From: Nemertoderma westbladi
Lineage: Eukaryota; Animalia; Xenacoelomorpha
Length of the DNA: 62,206 nt
Assembly (NCBI GenBank): GCA_032718475.1
Contig: JAUCBJ010000987.1
Span: forward strand, 1 to 62,206
Reading direction: 5' to 3'
A program made the position numbers and the translations under genes. A model generated the notes under the pieces. That model saw only the letters and a list, made by a program, of their open reading frames with translations, had not been told where the DNA came from and did no database searches. Of the stretch, positions 1 through 11,670 are shown one piece after another (position 1 is the stretch's first letter; each line of letters begins with the position of its first letter).

Positions 1-1618
1 GACGGTGGAATGTTCTTTTACGTCTACTTGGATGAGATCTATTTCCCTTGCCTTCAGTGTCGGTGGTATCGCCTTCCTCAGATGATGTATACCCTTGTCT
101 TTTGGGAGTAGATCGACTCATCATCTGCATATTACTAGCTGCTAACTGTTTACTAAAGTCGTCTTGCTTCTCTTGAAGATTTTCCAACTCCAGTTGGATG
201 ATCTCTTCAGCCGCTTTTCGTTCTACTTCCGCCACTGCTGCCGCCTTTGCTTCTGCTGCTGCCGCTTTTGCTTCTGACGCTGCCGCTTTTCGTTCTGCTT
301 CCGCCACTGTCGCTTTTCGTTCTGCTTCCTCCACTGTCGCTTTTCGTTCTGCTTCCGCCACTGCTGCCGCTTTTGCCGCTGCCGCTGCCGCTTTTGCCTC
401 TGCCGCTGCCGCTTTTCTTTCTGCCTCTGCCACTGCTGCTATCTTTCTGTCTTCTATACGTTTTTTCCTTACTTGTTCTTCCTTTTCTCTAGCGATGCGG
501 AGTTGTTCATCGAATTTAGCTTGGTTCGCCGCTAACCTATCCACATCAATCGCATCTAACACAAGTTTGGCTCCTTCGCTATTAGGGCTAAGTCCCTCTA
601 GCCTTCTCCTCAACTCTTCATCTCCCACAAAACGCTGATAGTCTGACAGATAGATATCAATGGCATCCTTCTTATGCGGTTTCTCTGCCGTCGCTTCACT
701 TTCCACTTGGGAAAAAGTGGCGTCCGTCGATTCTCCATGAGTTGAGCGCTCCTCCAATTGAGCTTTCCACTGAGCTGCTCCCTGAACCTGGCGACTCACC
801 CTTTGAAACCAAGTCTTTACGGCAACTTGCAACGACGTGTCTTGCTTTCGTTTAGAAGCCTCCTCAAAGGCGGATAAGATTAGCCTAATCCGCAGAACTC
901 TTTCTCTAACTTGATAAAGCAGCGATCCCTGCTCTTGAGGTCCTTGAGGTTGTTGAAAAAGTTGCTTTTCTATTCGCTCCATAGAGCTGAAGAATCCCTG
1001 TGCGTATCCGGCTGCGGACCTCTTCCACACAGCTGGATCGATGGTTTCCTTGGCTACTCCCATCCGGTGTATGTCTTCCCAGGCAGCTTCTGATAAATCA
1101 AACGGGAGTCCGGGTCCGGGGAAGTTCCATTGCGACTCGACAATAGACTTCAGTTCTTCACTAGTGTAGCCCGCGTAGCTATCTCTAGTTGACCGTTGAC
1201 TTCTCGCCCAATCGATCTGGTGTTCTTCCACCGCGATCAATAACCCAGCGAGCACGGCTGCAGGAAGGATGAGAAGGGGATCCGTATAAACCGCATCCGT
1301 CATCTCTGCTCCGCTCTCTGGTGTCAGCTCTACAGTATCCTCACTACTGGAGCTGCTGGGCCGCTGAGGAATAAGTTCTTGACTAGTGGGTTGTTGCTGT
1401 TCCGCTGCCTTTTGGTCCCGCTTGACCTGAGCTCGAGTGCCTATGATAGACCTACGATGTTGGACTAGCCTAGGTTCTGTTATTACTACTGGAGGGATGA
1501 CCTTCCTCACAGTGGGAGGTGAACTGGATTTACGACCAGACGGTTGTACGTCTCTATCTGAGTCGCAGATAGTTACATCTAATAAACTGTCTGACAGGTT
1601 CTGCTTAGTATCAGACAT
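1..1618 (-). CDS. gag-like N-terminal region (coiled-coil, AAAEAER repeats), apparently open to the window edge
   Basis: ATG at 1618 (MSDTKQ...) matches ORF 36855-37418. The frame at the window edge (DTEGKGNRSHPSRRKR) aligns with A2 DSECKSNKSRSNGRRR. Confidence 0.7.
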   Translation of the reverse strand, partial: MSDTKQNLSDSLLDVTICDSDRDVQPSGRKSSSPPTVRKVIPPVVITEPRLVQHRRSIIGTRAQVKRDQKAAEQQQPTSQELIPQRPSSSSSEDTVELTPESGAEMTDAVYTDPLLILPAAVLAGLLIAVEEHQIDWARSQRSTRDSYAGYTSEELKSIVESQWNFPGPGLPFDLSEAAWEDIHRMGVAKETIDPAVWKRSAAGYAQGFFSSMERIEKQLFQQPQGPQEQGSLLYQVRERVLRIRLILSAFEEASKRKQDTSLQVAVKTWFQRVSRQVQGAAQWKAQLEERSTHGESTDATFSQVESEATAEKPHKKDAIDIYLSDYQRFVGDEELRRRLEGLSPNSEGAKLVLDAIDVDRLAANQAKFDEQLRIAREKEEQVRKKRIEDRKIAAVAEAERKAAAAEAKAAAAAAKAAAVAEAERKATVEEAERKATVAEAERKAAASEAKAAAAEAKAAAVAEVERKAAEEIIQLELENLQEKQDDFSKQLAASNMQMMSRSTPKRQGYTSSEEGDTTDTEGKGNRSHPSRRKRTFHR

Positions 1619-2936
1619 GACTATGTATACCGTTGAATGTCTACTGCTGTATTACAGTCTGAGTAAGTCTAGTAACTCAGTATTACCTGTTAGCCTAGTA
1701 ATTAATTACCGGTACTGCTACTCAGTGCAGCGTGATATATATAATATATTAGAATACCGGTATGCTTATAGTATATATAATTATTATTACAGACTAGGTT
1801 TATCACAGAATACCGGTATAATTTTAGCACAAATATATATAAATATATAATAGGCCTATTGGAATACCGGTATACAGCTTACAGTTTGTAGGATATATAA
1901 TTCTGAAATAGAATTAATTACAAGTACCGGTATAATTTCAGCCTAGATTTATAGAAATAAAGATAATAGGCCTATCGTAAATACCGGTATATCAATTATT
2001 TCAAATAATTGAATTTCTGTTACTTTAGGGTTACTTGGTTACTTTAACTTACTTTATTACCGTTATTTGAGCAGTAATCCAACTGATATTGAGGCCTAAT
2101 GGTTGTATGGTAGGCCTACGATTTATAAATCGTTAGATTTGATTTATAATATATATATACCCGTTTTAATGGGTTTTGTCAATGTTTGAAATAAATGTTA
2201 TTATTTCTGGGGAGCAATCACTACACAAAGCAGTGCGCTTTCAGTGAAGTGTTACGTACAGGACACTAAAACAAATAATACTAATTTACCTAAGTTACTT
2301 AATACTACAAATTACGTACAATTTGGGTTGAGATTACAATCTCTAAATAAACACAAAAATTTTACAAAAACACAAATACGAATTTTAGGGTAATTTTACA
2401 AGAAGTCTACAAACCAGCCTAACAAAGGGTTAGAAAACTGATTATTACAGCGGACAGGGTACTACGGTATTTGAAATAATAAGTAGTAGTAAATACACTG
2501 CGTTGTCTAGATAGGAAAATACCACCGCCTGACGACCTATAGCCGTATCGCTATAGGTTCTACGTTATGTATCACGGAGTGTTCCTACCTAGAAGTTAAT
2601 AGAGCTAATCGAATGTGCCTATCAACCACTTTACAATACAGATATAATGTCTACAATAATTACTTCGGAAAGTACTGTACACTAAACCCTAAATTAGGTA
2701 CGAGTACTTATATAACAGATAATCAGTAGTTAAATATACTTGAACAGCTAAAAGAACCACGGCATCTGCTGGAGTGACCGATGCACAAAATCACCAGTCT
2801 TTACCTACGCCGAGCAGCCCGTGTAGTACCGGGGTTAATTTAACTATAGCGGTATGTATAACAAACACAATTACTGTAGGAACAAACTTGGGGACTTGAA
2901 TGTTGCGAATAATCGCATAAACTCTGAATAATAAAT

Positions 2937-3496
2937 ATTACGCTACGCGTACAAACTACTCAAACAAAATACAGACCGAACACTGACAGACTACTATCAA
3001 GCCTAAACAAACTACGGTATATGCAGACTCCGAAATGATTAGGGAGTATGCGCTCTAACCCAGTAGTGCGACTTATTCTTTAGTTGGGGGTTTACCTTAC
3101 AGCGTTGCTGCCCCTACTTCCTAACCGTACTTAATCGGACAGATGATCTACACACGCGGCAATCCGTTCAGACCTAATAACAGCCAGACAACTATCCAGC
3201 CTACAAATTATCTAAGTAAAATTATACGCTACCCGTACAGACTTACACAAACAAAGTACAGACTAAACGATGGCAGACTACTCTCAAGCCTAAATAAAAT
3301 ACAGGACATGCAGACTCCGAAATGATTAGGGAGTATGCGCTCTAACCCAGTAGTGCGACTTATTCTTTAGTTGGGGGTTTACCTTACAGCGTTGCTGCCC
3401 CTACTTCCTAATCGTACTTAATCGGACAGGTGATCTACACACACTGCAATTCGTTCGGACTTAACAGCAATCAGACAACAGCTCAGCCTACAAATC
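2937..3496. repeat. 287-bp tandem duplication in the A1 leader
   Basis: GCAGACTCCGAAATGATTAGGG occurs at 3023 and 3310. A2 has a single unit (~57350-57625). Confidence 0.85.
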
Positions 3497-3807
3497 GTCT
3501 GTACAATCTGATCAGGCTTACACGCCTTCTGTTCAATACTGGCTTACAAATAAATAAAACTTGACAGAAATAAGTAAAATCTCAATAAAAAATCAGGGCG
3601 GCCGTTCCCTGATTAAGTACTAAGACCTACCGGTATATAATTATCAAAATCGAATAATACTGCTGTACCTGTACTGCTGTAGGTACCGGTCCGGGTGGTT
3701 AGGTAGTCAGGCCTACTGGTACCGGTTCTGGCAATTGGGCCTACTGACCTACAGATGTACCGGTTGACCGGTACTTTCAACTTTATTGCTTACTGCAACA
3801 AAGAAGC

Positions 3808-3819
3808 TATATCCTTTAA
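3808..3819 (-). promoter_or_regulatory. Non-tRNA primer-binding-site candidate of A1 (sense TTAAAGGATATA)
   Basis: Flush with the LTR end, lacks TGG, and is the exact inverted match of 4580-4591 inside the LTR. Confidence 0.65.
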
Positions 3820-5058
3820 TGTTCGCGCTTTCAGACCTTTGGCAGTTTAACCCACCAAATTAAGATGTCTTCTAGATATTAAATCTGTTTTTTAGTCTAT
3901 GACAAGTATTTGATTCACTACACTAGTCGAAACCAATCCGTGCGCGACCATTCACCCGCTGGATATTCCCGGGAGATTGGGTTCGACGGTTTAATTTTAT
4001 TGCTATGTAAGCCTAATGTATTATTCGACCGACAGTATTATATAATCTCTGACAATATTATTCACCTTCGGTAATATTAACAGTTCCTTTAGGACGTGGC
4101 GCTTTATCTATATAAACAGAGTTATGACTTAAACTACTCACAACGATATGGCTTAATTATAATTCACATATATGGCGCATTCTTTAGGAATTGCTTCTTT
4201 AACAGACTCACTCATACACAATGCTGCACAATACTGCACACTAATCTGCCAATCTTCACTGATTTTAGTCACATATAAAAGGAACACAGGCTGACTCATG
4301 TAGGGTCTATCAAATAACATTAGATTCACTTCAAACCACTTTAACATAAGTCACAATCGTTATTGGTAACCTTTCTCTCTTACCTTCGGTATATCAAGAA
4401 TATTGGGTTGCGGGGTTATTTATCGTTATTCCAAATATAATTATTCATCAACCATATTATGAAGAACTGACAGCAAATAGCAGTATAAAACAACAACTGA
4501 ACAGTTAGGTAGATCGGTACGTCAGTACCGGTATGTCAGCAGTGAGATATTTACAGAGTGATATTTATCAGGACGTCAGTTAAAGGATATATGCCCTTTA
4601 TAATTAAACCTACCAGTGTACGACTAAAAAACAGTACAGCACAAAATACTTCCAAGCCGTTCTTTCTTTGGCTCAAGACTGAATGTAAGCACTGCACATA
4701 GGCATTGCGTCATTTCTCGGAAATTTTCTGTACAAGGAGCCACAAAAACGCTCTCATTGGCTGACTGAACTGAGAGACGCCGTAGAACAAAGGAAATCAA
4801 CACGTATGAATGTCAGCTGTTAACCGTAGTCATAGTAACTACTGTTCAAGAGTAGCTATCACCCTTTTGCGTCACGAATTGCCATAGAATCATAAAATAT
4901 GCCTTTCACAGTACACATACGGAGGAAATAGGTCTTAGATCCTCTAAAAACACCGATACAGCAATAATACGGTCTCTTACACTTATTAAATCAACTACAG
5001 AGTATTTTAATGCAAAAGATAATAAAAATAACGGGGCAATTCAGCAAAGGCTTTTACA
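3820..5058 (-). repeat. 5' LTR of A1 (~1.24 kb)
   Basis: On the + strand it starts TGTTCGCG and ends CTTTTACA, the same termini as 57896-58937. The left terminus also matches 28525. Confidence 0.8.
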
Positions 5059-6003
5059 GACATCGTGAGGCAATACCAAGGTATCGAGGGCGGCTTCACG
5101 ACGGCATGGCGGGCATTGGACAGGGAATACAGGCACCCGGCCAAGATCATCCGGCAAACCCTGAGAGGCATAACATCGGGTGGCCTACAGGATAATCCCG
5201 TCAGCATTAAGACGTTCGCGAACAAGGTCGAGAAGGCACTAATCGTGCTAAAGACGCTAGACGCACCATACAAACTCAACGCGTCTAACAACATCACCAC
5301 GATAGCGCAGGCACTACCGATATGGCTGCGGAGTAAATGGAGGAAGATTGCCTTCTCCACGTGGGAGAAGAAGTGTGCGGAACCGGGCCTAGAAGAGATG
5401 TCGAGCTTCCTCAACTACGAAGCCGAACTAATAACAGACCCAGTCTATAGTGAGGATAGTTTGAGGAAGGCGCCAAAGATCGAATACAACTGGCCTAAAC
5501 CCAAACACAATCATGCAGATCCATTCTCGAGAGTAAGACAGTCACTACCACATGCGGCCACACAGGGGACTGCTAGTCCACAGTTAGCTGGTAGTAGGGC
5601 CACACCGTGGCAGGGACAGAAAGAAAATAACACCATAAATAAACACAATCCCAATATACCCAGTAGGCCGAGTCTAGACAACCAAAACACTAAATCGGTA
5701 CATATAAACCTATGCGCGATACGTGAGGGACTATACAGGGAATGCTATAAACCAGGATTCGAATGTCAATTACATCGGGACGGAACCCATAAGACCAGGA
5801 GTTGTAAGCACTGGCAAGCGTTGCCCAAACAAGATCGTGTAGCCTACACAGACGCAAACGGACTATGTCATCGATGTGTGGTAGAAGGACACAGATCCGG
5901 AGAGTGTAGAGAAACAGCGGTAGAGAGTCCGAGACTGGAGGCCAAACAATGGCTACAAGCACGACAATGGCAAGAAAGAAGAGAAAAGTACTACTCGGGG
6001 TAG
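5059..6003 (+). pseudogene. Bel/Pao gag fragment with zinc knuckle
   Basis: LP.WLRSKW helix and knuckle CHRCVVEGHRSGEC. Truncated at the 5' side by the A1 LTR. Confidence 0.8.
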
Positions 6004-7067
6004 TACCAGTGAAGATATCAGGAGAGGGCGGTCAATCAGTAACGACACTAATGCTAGTCGACAGCGGAGCAGCCTTCACGCTGGTGGAGAACTGGGTGGC
6101 CGAAGAGATAGGGCTAAAGACGAGGCCGAATAGAATGGCGGTAACTACCATCTCAAGTAAAGATGAGGTCCTGGAGACGAGGACGGGACGGTGCAGGATA
6201 TCAGCGATTGCACCGGGATGCGACTATGGGGCGACGATCGACCCCATCCACGTCATAGAATCGATAAATATCAACGCCAGGCGACCAACCAACATTGAGG
6301 TCGAACAATATAGATTCCAGGACGGTATCGATTTTTCAACAATACCAAAGGTGGACGTTAGGAAGGTATCCATTATAGTAGGAATGGACTGCCCGACGGC
6401 CCACGAGAGAATGAAGACGGTCTTCGGCGAAGACAGGCAGTGGGATCCGACGGCGATCCTCACGCTTAGCAGTCCAGTTAAAACCAAGATCCCATGCATT
6501 GTGACAGAGGCATCAGGGTGCATGTTACCAGGCACCGTAGACGCAGAGGATGAAGAGGAGAAACAGGAGATAGTAGAGCCAGACAGGGAAGTAACAGTAA
6601 GAGAGTTGGCGGAGGAGAATAGATTTCCCAGCAAGCATCGGTATGGAGATGGAGAGGAGCGGACGGCGAGATGTCCGGAGGACAACACTCCGGAGGAGTG
6701 TCCGGAGGAGTGTCCAGAGGAGTGTCCGGAAGAGACGCCGGTCCGGTTGAGAGGCATACCGACAAGGGGGAAGTCGAGAAGGAAGACAGGATGGAAAGGG
6801 ATAGGACTACTATTGTACGTTCTGTTTTGCCTGTTCTTTCACTTTCTTTCCATTCTGCCGCCGGGAGACAACAAGGTGGGAGGTGGCATTTTGATGCCAG
6901 GAGACGAGATAGTTAAGAAGGCGGCGGAGAGACCCGATTTTGGGGTGGCAGAAGAGGGAGAACCAATTCCTGGTGAGTTGGAATTGGCGAAGAGAGTGTG
7001 GCGAATCCTACAGGACCTACAAGAGCAGCAGTGGGAGAGTGCCTGTTGGAAGAATCGCCCTAGTTAG
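5949..7067 (+). pseudogene. Bel/Pao aspartic protease fused by deletion to a low-complexity segment and the integrase tail
   Basis: LGVVPVKI...LVDSGA protease motif. RT, RNase H and the integrase core are absent. The 3' end is homologous to the B2 integrase end. Confidence 0.75.
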
Positions 7068-7259
7068 GTGAAGTTTAGTTGTCCAATATTTTGGACTGAG
7101 GGGGGTGGGAATGAGGGCGAGACGCCCTTCCCACACAAATAATTATTTAATTAAAAATAAATAATAAAAATAATTAAATAATAGTTAGAACAGATAGTTA
7201 GTAGAAGTAAGAAGTAGTTAGAAGTTAGTAGAGGGTACGTAGTACCGGAAAAGTTAGAA

Positions 7260-7455
7260 GGCGGCGGGGTAAGGGAGTGTGGCATATTGTCATGCCACGA
7301 GTAGTAGTAGGGGGGTTGTGGGCCATGTAAGCGCCACGTAGAAGGAGAGTAGGTTAGACGGCGGTGGGGTATAGGGAGTGTGGCATATTGTCATGCCACG
7401 AGTAGTAGTAGGGGGGTTGTGGGCACCGTAAGCGCCACGTAGAAAGGGAGTAGTA
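7260..7455. repeat. ~101-bp tandem repeat x2 with internal hairpin
   Basis: GGGAGTGTGGCATATTGTCATGCCACG occurs at 7273 and 7374. Confidence 0.8.
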
Positions 7456-7519
7456 GAAGGCTTGACGACGCGTACGAAACAATTACTCCGGTCGGGATTG
7501 ATCCGTCGATCCCGTCACA

Positions 7520-7719
7520 GGGCGCGGGGTCACGCCTGTATCCGATGGGTTGCCATATTCTACCCGGGCGCGGGGTCACGCCTGTATCCGGTGGGATGCC
7601 ATGTTCTACCCGGGCGCGGGGTCACGCCTGTATCCGGTGGGATGCCATGTTCTACCCGGGCGCGGGGTCACGCCTGTATCCGGTGGGATGCCATGTTCTA
7701 CCCGGGAGCGGGGTCACGC
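7520..7719. repeat. 46-bp GC-rich minisatellite, ~4.3 copies
   Basis: Unit GGGCGCGGGGTCACGCCTGTATCCGGTGGGATGCCATGTTCTACCC starts at 7520, 7566, 7612, 7658 and 7704. Confidence 0.95.
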
Positions 7720-7826
7720 TCTTCGCCCATTGGGTCCTTGAATATTCAGATTAATGCTGGGATAAATATTTGAATTTTGGTATACTATCGGTAAAAATTA
7801 ACACCCTAAATTTTATATTACTATTA

Positions 7827-8532
7827 CAGTACAGGCCACCAGAAAACGCAGATTTGTACAATTGTGAACACATTTTATCAAATGTGTACCAGTGTAATGT
7901 AATGTTGTTGAACGGGACAATTGAACATAATTGAACATAATTGAAATGGCAACAACCAAAATTTTTTCGCCCAATGATATAATTGAATACTTTTGAAACG
8001 CTTAGTAATCTGGAAACTCTCTGTAGTTTGCCGCGAACTGTCACTCACTGCAGCTGGAAAAGCGATAAGGATTTTGTTTACCTATATAGTGTGCGGTTAA
8101 TAGTGTCTAGTAGGCAGGCCTATAGTTAGTGATGTTAAGGCATCTTCTGGTGTTTCTCTGTGCCCTCTCGGTGTCAGACTAGGCGCGACATCTCTCTGCA
8201 CTAAATTAATTATTCAATGGTCTAGGCTCCTCCATCCACATACCCATCCACTCCCATACACTCCATGAACCTCCATGTGGTCTTGTATGTAGTTCTCTCT
8301 CTACTAATACAGCCCATGTCCGCAATGTTACTCCCTGGGGGCTCTCTCATCTACCTGATATCAGACATACAGGCGCACCGCACACAAAGCCTTTGTCGGT
8401 CCCAGCAAGTTAGCCTCCTGCTGTGTGATCTAGAAGATAACTCGCCATAACCTGCCAATCAGATAACTTGAACAAATGTGTTCACATGTGATCACATTGG
8501 ATGAAATCTGCTTTTTCTGGTGGCCTGTACTG
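7827..8532. mobile_element. Tc1/mariner-type MITE
   Basis: TIR CAGTACAGGCCACCAGAAAA, TA on both flanks, and a second copy at 18170-18871. Confidence 0.9.
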
Positions 8533-9737
8533 TAGTTAAATTAAACACTCTTTAAATTAAATTAAATTTAAAATCATAGTATCTCATTAGGTTCCGATTA
8601 GCCAAATTAATCTAAATTACATCAAATATTCCACCAATCAAAACATTCCACCTCTAAGTAAGCCGCGTCAGTATAGAGGACTTCCACGACTTCTTTTACT
8701 GTATTTATATTTAACATTATAAATATCTTAATATTTAAGGTTTCATAGTTATATCATTGGTCGCTAATATATTATATACACTTTTTTCTTAATATTGCCC
8801 TGCTTTACTCTTAGAACTCCCCAGCAAATACATATCCAGCTAATAGCACGCTAATAGCGGGATGTACCATCCTGCTAATATCCCGCTATCTTTATGAGAT
8901 AATATCCGGATAATCGCCGTAAAAGTGGTCCCCGCTATCGCGGCGTTTTTAGCGGGATATTTAGCCGCTTAATAGCGGTTCCTTAGCGTAACTTTAGCTG
9001 CGTTGTACCTGCTCCAGTGCACCGCGATTCGTGACCATTTATAGCGCCTAATTTGCTGCATATTAGCGGTCGTTTAGCGTGGTTATATCTGGACTTTAAC
9101 GGTTACTTATCGAATTAGCTGCCTTTTAGCGTCTAAATAGCAGCGCAAATAGCGCCCATATAGCGTTACAATTTCTGCACTACGCTATTTAAACGCTAAA
9201 AGGCCGCTACCGCTAGCTTGATTACTCTGATTTTAACATTTACTTAAATTAAGAATGAAATAATAATTAAGAATTAAGATTAATTAGGTAGGATTTATTA
9301 ATAAATTCAAATGCTTTCGCTTTCATATATGTAGAAACTAGAGTAGATCGGGGGAATAAGGAAATTAAATAAGGAATATTAAGGCCAGCGAAAAAATCTT
9401 AAGTTTAAACATATTAGTTATAGTTTAATTGTCGTAAATGAATGATGAATGATGTTTTCATAAATGAATGAATGAATAATTGCACATACCAAACTATTAT
9501 TAATAAAATAATATTAATTACAATTATTACCCTATTAGCAGAGTAAATTATTATTAATATGTGTGTTTAATGTTTATTTGTGTGTTATTAATATTAATGA
9601 AGTTTATCTAATCATTTATACACTTTATCATTTGGAATGTTTTTTACGTTGTCTTTGAAGGTCACTCTGGCTTTTCAGAAAGGACGTAATTTGTTGAAGA
9701 ACTTCGCGTTCGGTGCCCACAGTTTTAGAGTTGAGGA

Positions 9738-10936
9738 GGATAGTTCTAAATTAGGAAAACACTAGTAAAACGGTAAAACACTAGGAAAACATAGGAAAAG
9801 TACTGTAAAACACACGGAAAACAGTGAAAATATTGATCAGCAGGAAATTAAACACATGTACTTCTCTGAATTGACAATCCTAAATGTACTCCTCGCATAG
9901 CACCCCTTAAGTAATCACCGTAAAACATAGGGAAAACACTATAAAAACACTATAAACCTTCCGGAAAACAGTAAAAAAATTGATCAGCATTAAATTTTAC
10001 ATATATGCTGCAAAAAAATAAATTGAAAGAGTCTAATATTGCCCAGAAAGCTTGTTGCCAGGCAACCAAAGAACTGTAACCAATCAGCTTACGGTGCAGT
10101 ATCAGTACAGCAGTACTATCCTTGTTTTACCGGTCAGTCGGTAGAGGCGCAAAGTACCAGTATTGCTGTATTCTGGTAGGCCTATTACCTGATTACAGAT
10201 TACAGTATTAGTGCTGTAGTGCAGTAGTGTATTCCAGTATTCAGATATTGCAGTATTGTTAGGGTTAGTTAAAGCTGTAAATATTTCTATATTTAGTAGC
10301 TGAGTAGTACCGGTAAGCATTACAGTATTAAGCATTACTACTATTAAGCATTATTATACATTACAGTATCAGCCTGGCAGCCTGGTTACAGAGATAGTGC
10401 CATAGCCATGGGACATTACAGCATTACATTACATTGCAGCATTACACTACTGCACTACAGCACTAATACTGTAATCTGTAATCAGGTAATAGGCCTACCA
10501 GAATACAGCAATACTGGTACTTTGCGCCTCTACCGACTGACCGGTAAAACAAGGATAGTACTGCTGTACTGATACTGCACCGTATGCTGATTGGTTACAG
10601 TTCTTTGGTTGCCTAGCAACAAGCTTTCTGGGCAGTATTAGACTCTTTCAATTTATTTTTTTGCAGCATATAGGTAAAATTTAATGCTGATCAATTTTTT
10701 CACTGTTTTCCGGAAGGTTTATAGTGTTTTTATAGTGTTTTCCCTATGTTTTACGGTGATTACTTAAGGGGTGCTCTGCGAGGAGTACATTTAGGATTGT
10801 CAATTCAGAGAAGTACATGTGTTAAATTCCCTGCTGATCAATATTTTCACTGTTTTCCGTGTGTTTTACAGTACTTTTCCTATGTTTTCCTAGTGTTTTA
10901 CTGTTTTACTAGTGTTTTCCTAATTTAGAATCATCC
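9738..10936. mobile_element. MULE/Mutator-type foldback element
   Basis: ~490-bp near-perfect inverted arms, GG...CC ends, and a 9-bp TSD AGTTGAGGA (9729-9737 and 10937-10945). Confidence 0.85.
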
Positions 10937-11262
10937 AGTTGAGGACGATTCCTGCAATTGTTAAAGAAAACAAAACTTTCAATTAATAATTAGCAGTTTT
11001 ATTTATTAATCAAGCTAGACTTACCGGTAGTGCAGGTATGACTGAAATTGAAATGATAGAAATAAGACTCAGTGAATTGCATTTTGCAAATGAACACAGC
11101 CAATTGATGGAAAGCTTTTACAGAGGCGGGTTTTTAACCAAAACAATAAACGACCCCGCCCTATAAGCATTTGGCGTCTATTTTTACACCTCAACAGGTA
11201 TGTGGACGTCATTTTACGTCAATTATGTTTGTTGCAAGAACTCAAAGTTTTGATGGTTGACG

Positions 11263-11440
11263 TAATTACCTAAAATGACGTCATGAACACGTCTTGATGG
11301 CACGTATCTGTGTGATACTTTTCATGGTGGATATAATTACCTAAAATGACGTCATGAACACGTCTTGACGGCACGTATCTGTGCGATACTTTTCATGGTG
11401 GAAATAATTACCTAAAATTACTTCTTGAACACGTCTTAAT
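11263..11440. repeat. 71-bp tandem repeat, ~2.5 copies
   Basis: TAATTACCTAAAAT occurs at 11263, 11334 and 11405. Confidence 0.85.
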
Positions 11441-11519
11441 GATACATATACTTACCACTTATACCTACTGACTGACTACAGTATGAGTACAGTATATTTA
11501 TATTAGTGGTGGGTATATT

Positions 11520-11670
11520 TTAGTTAGTTATTTTTTATAGGTGGTGGGTGAGGAAGGTAATGAAGTGGGTGTGAGTGGGTAGGAACGTAATGAAGTAGGT
11601 GTGCGTGGGTAGGAAGGTACTATAGTGGGTGTGAGTGGTTAGGAAGGTACTATGGTGGGTGTGAGTGGTT
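11520..11670. repeat. ~30-bp G-rich tandem repeat
   Basis: GTGGGTGTGAGTGGGTAGGAAGGTA-like units, about 5 copies. Confidence 0.8.

Larger units (their letters stand above)
1..5058 (-). mobile_element. LTR retrotransposon family A, copy A1 (5' LTR, leader and gag N-terminus; continues beyond window start); probably Bel/Pao
   Basis: Colinear homology with 35659-38535 plus 57242-58937. The LTR reads TG...CA. The gag-like ORF is on the minus strand. No RT is in the window, so the superfamily is inferred from the 5-bp TSD of copy A2 and the gag architecture. Confidence 0.8.
5059..7519 (+). mobile_element. Bel/Pao family B, copy B1 (internally deleted; interrupted by A1)
   Basis: Contains gag, protease and an integrase tail. 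7065-7140 matches the reverse complement of 32680-32750. 7465-7519 matches the reverse complement of the LTR end at 28642-28690 (...GATCCCGTCACA). Confidence 0.75.

Noticed and set aside
198-638. Ala-rich plus-strand ORFs (also 35960-36391, 52233-52911 and others opposite pol)
   Set aside because: They are antisense shadows of repetitive gag/pol coding sequence.
7520-7719. CRISPR-like appearance of the 46-bp repeats (also the 65-bp and 15-bp arrays at 59.2-60.7 kb)
   Set aside because: The units are contiguous with no unique spacers, there are no cas genes, and the context is eukaryotic.
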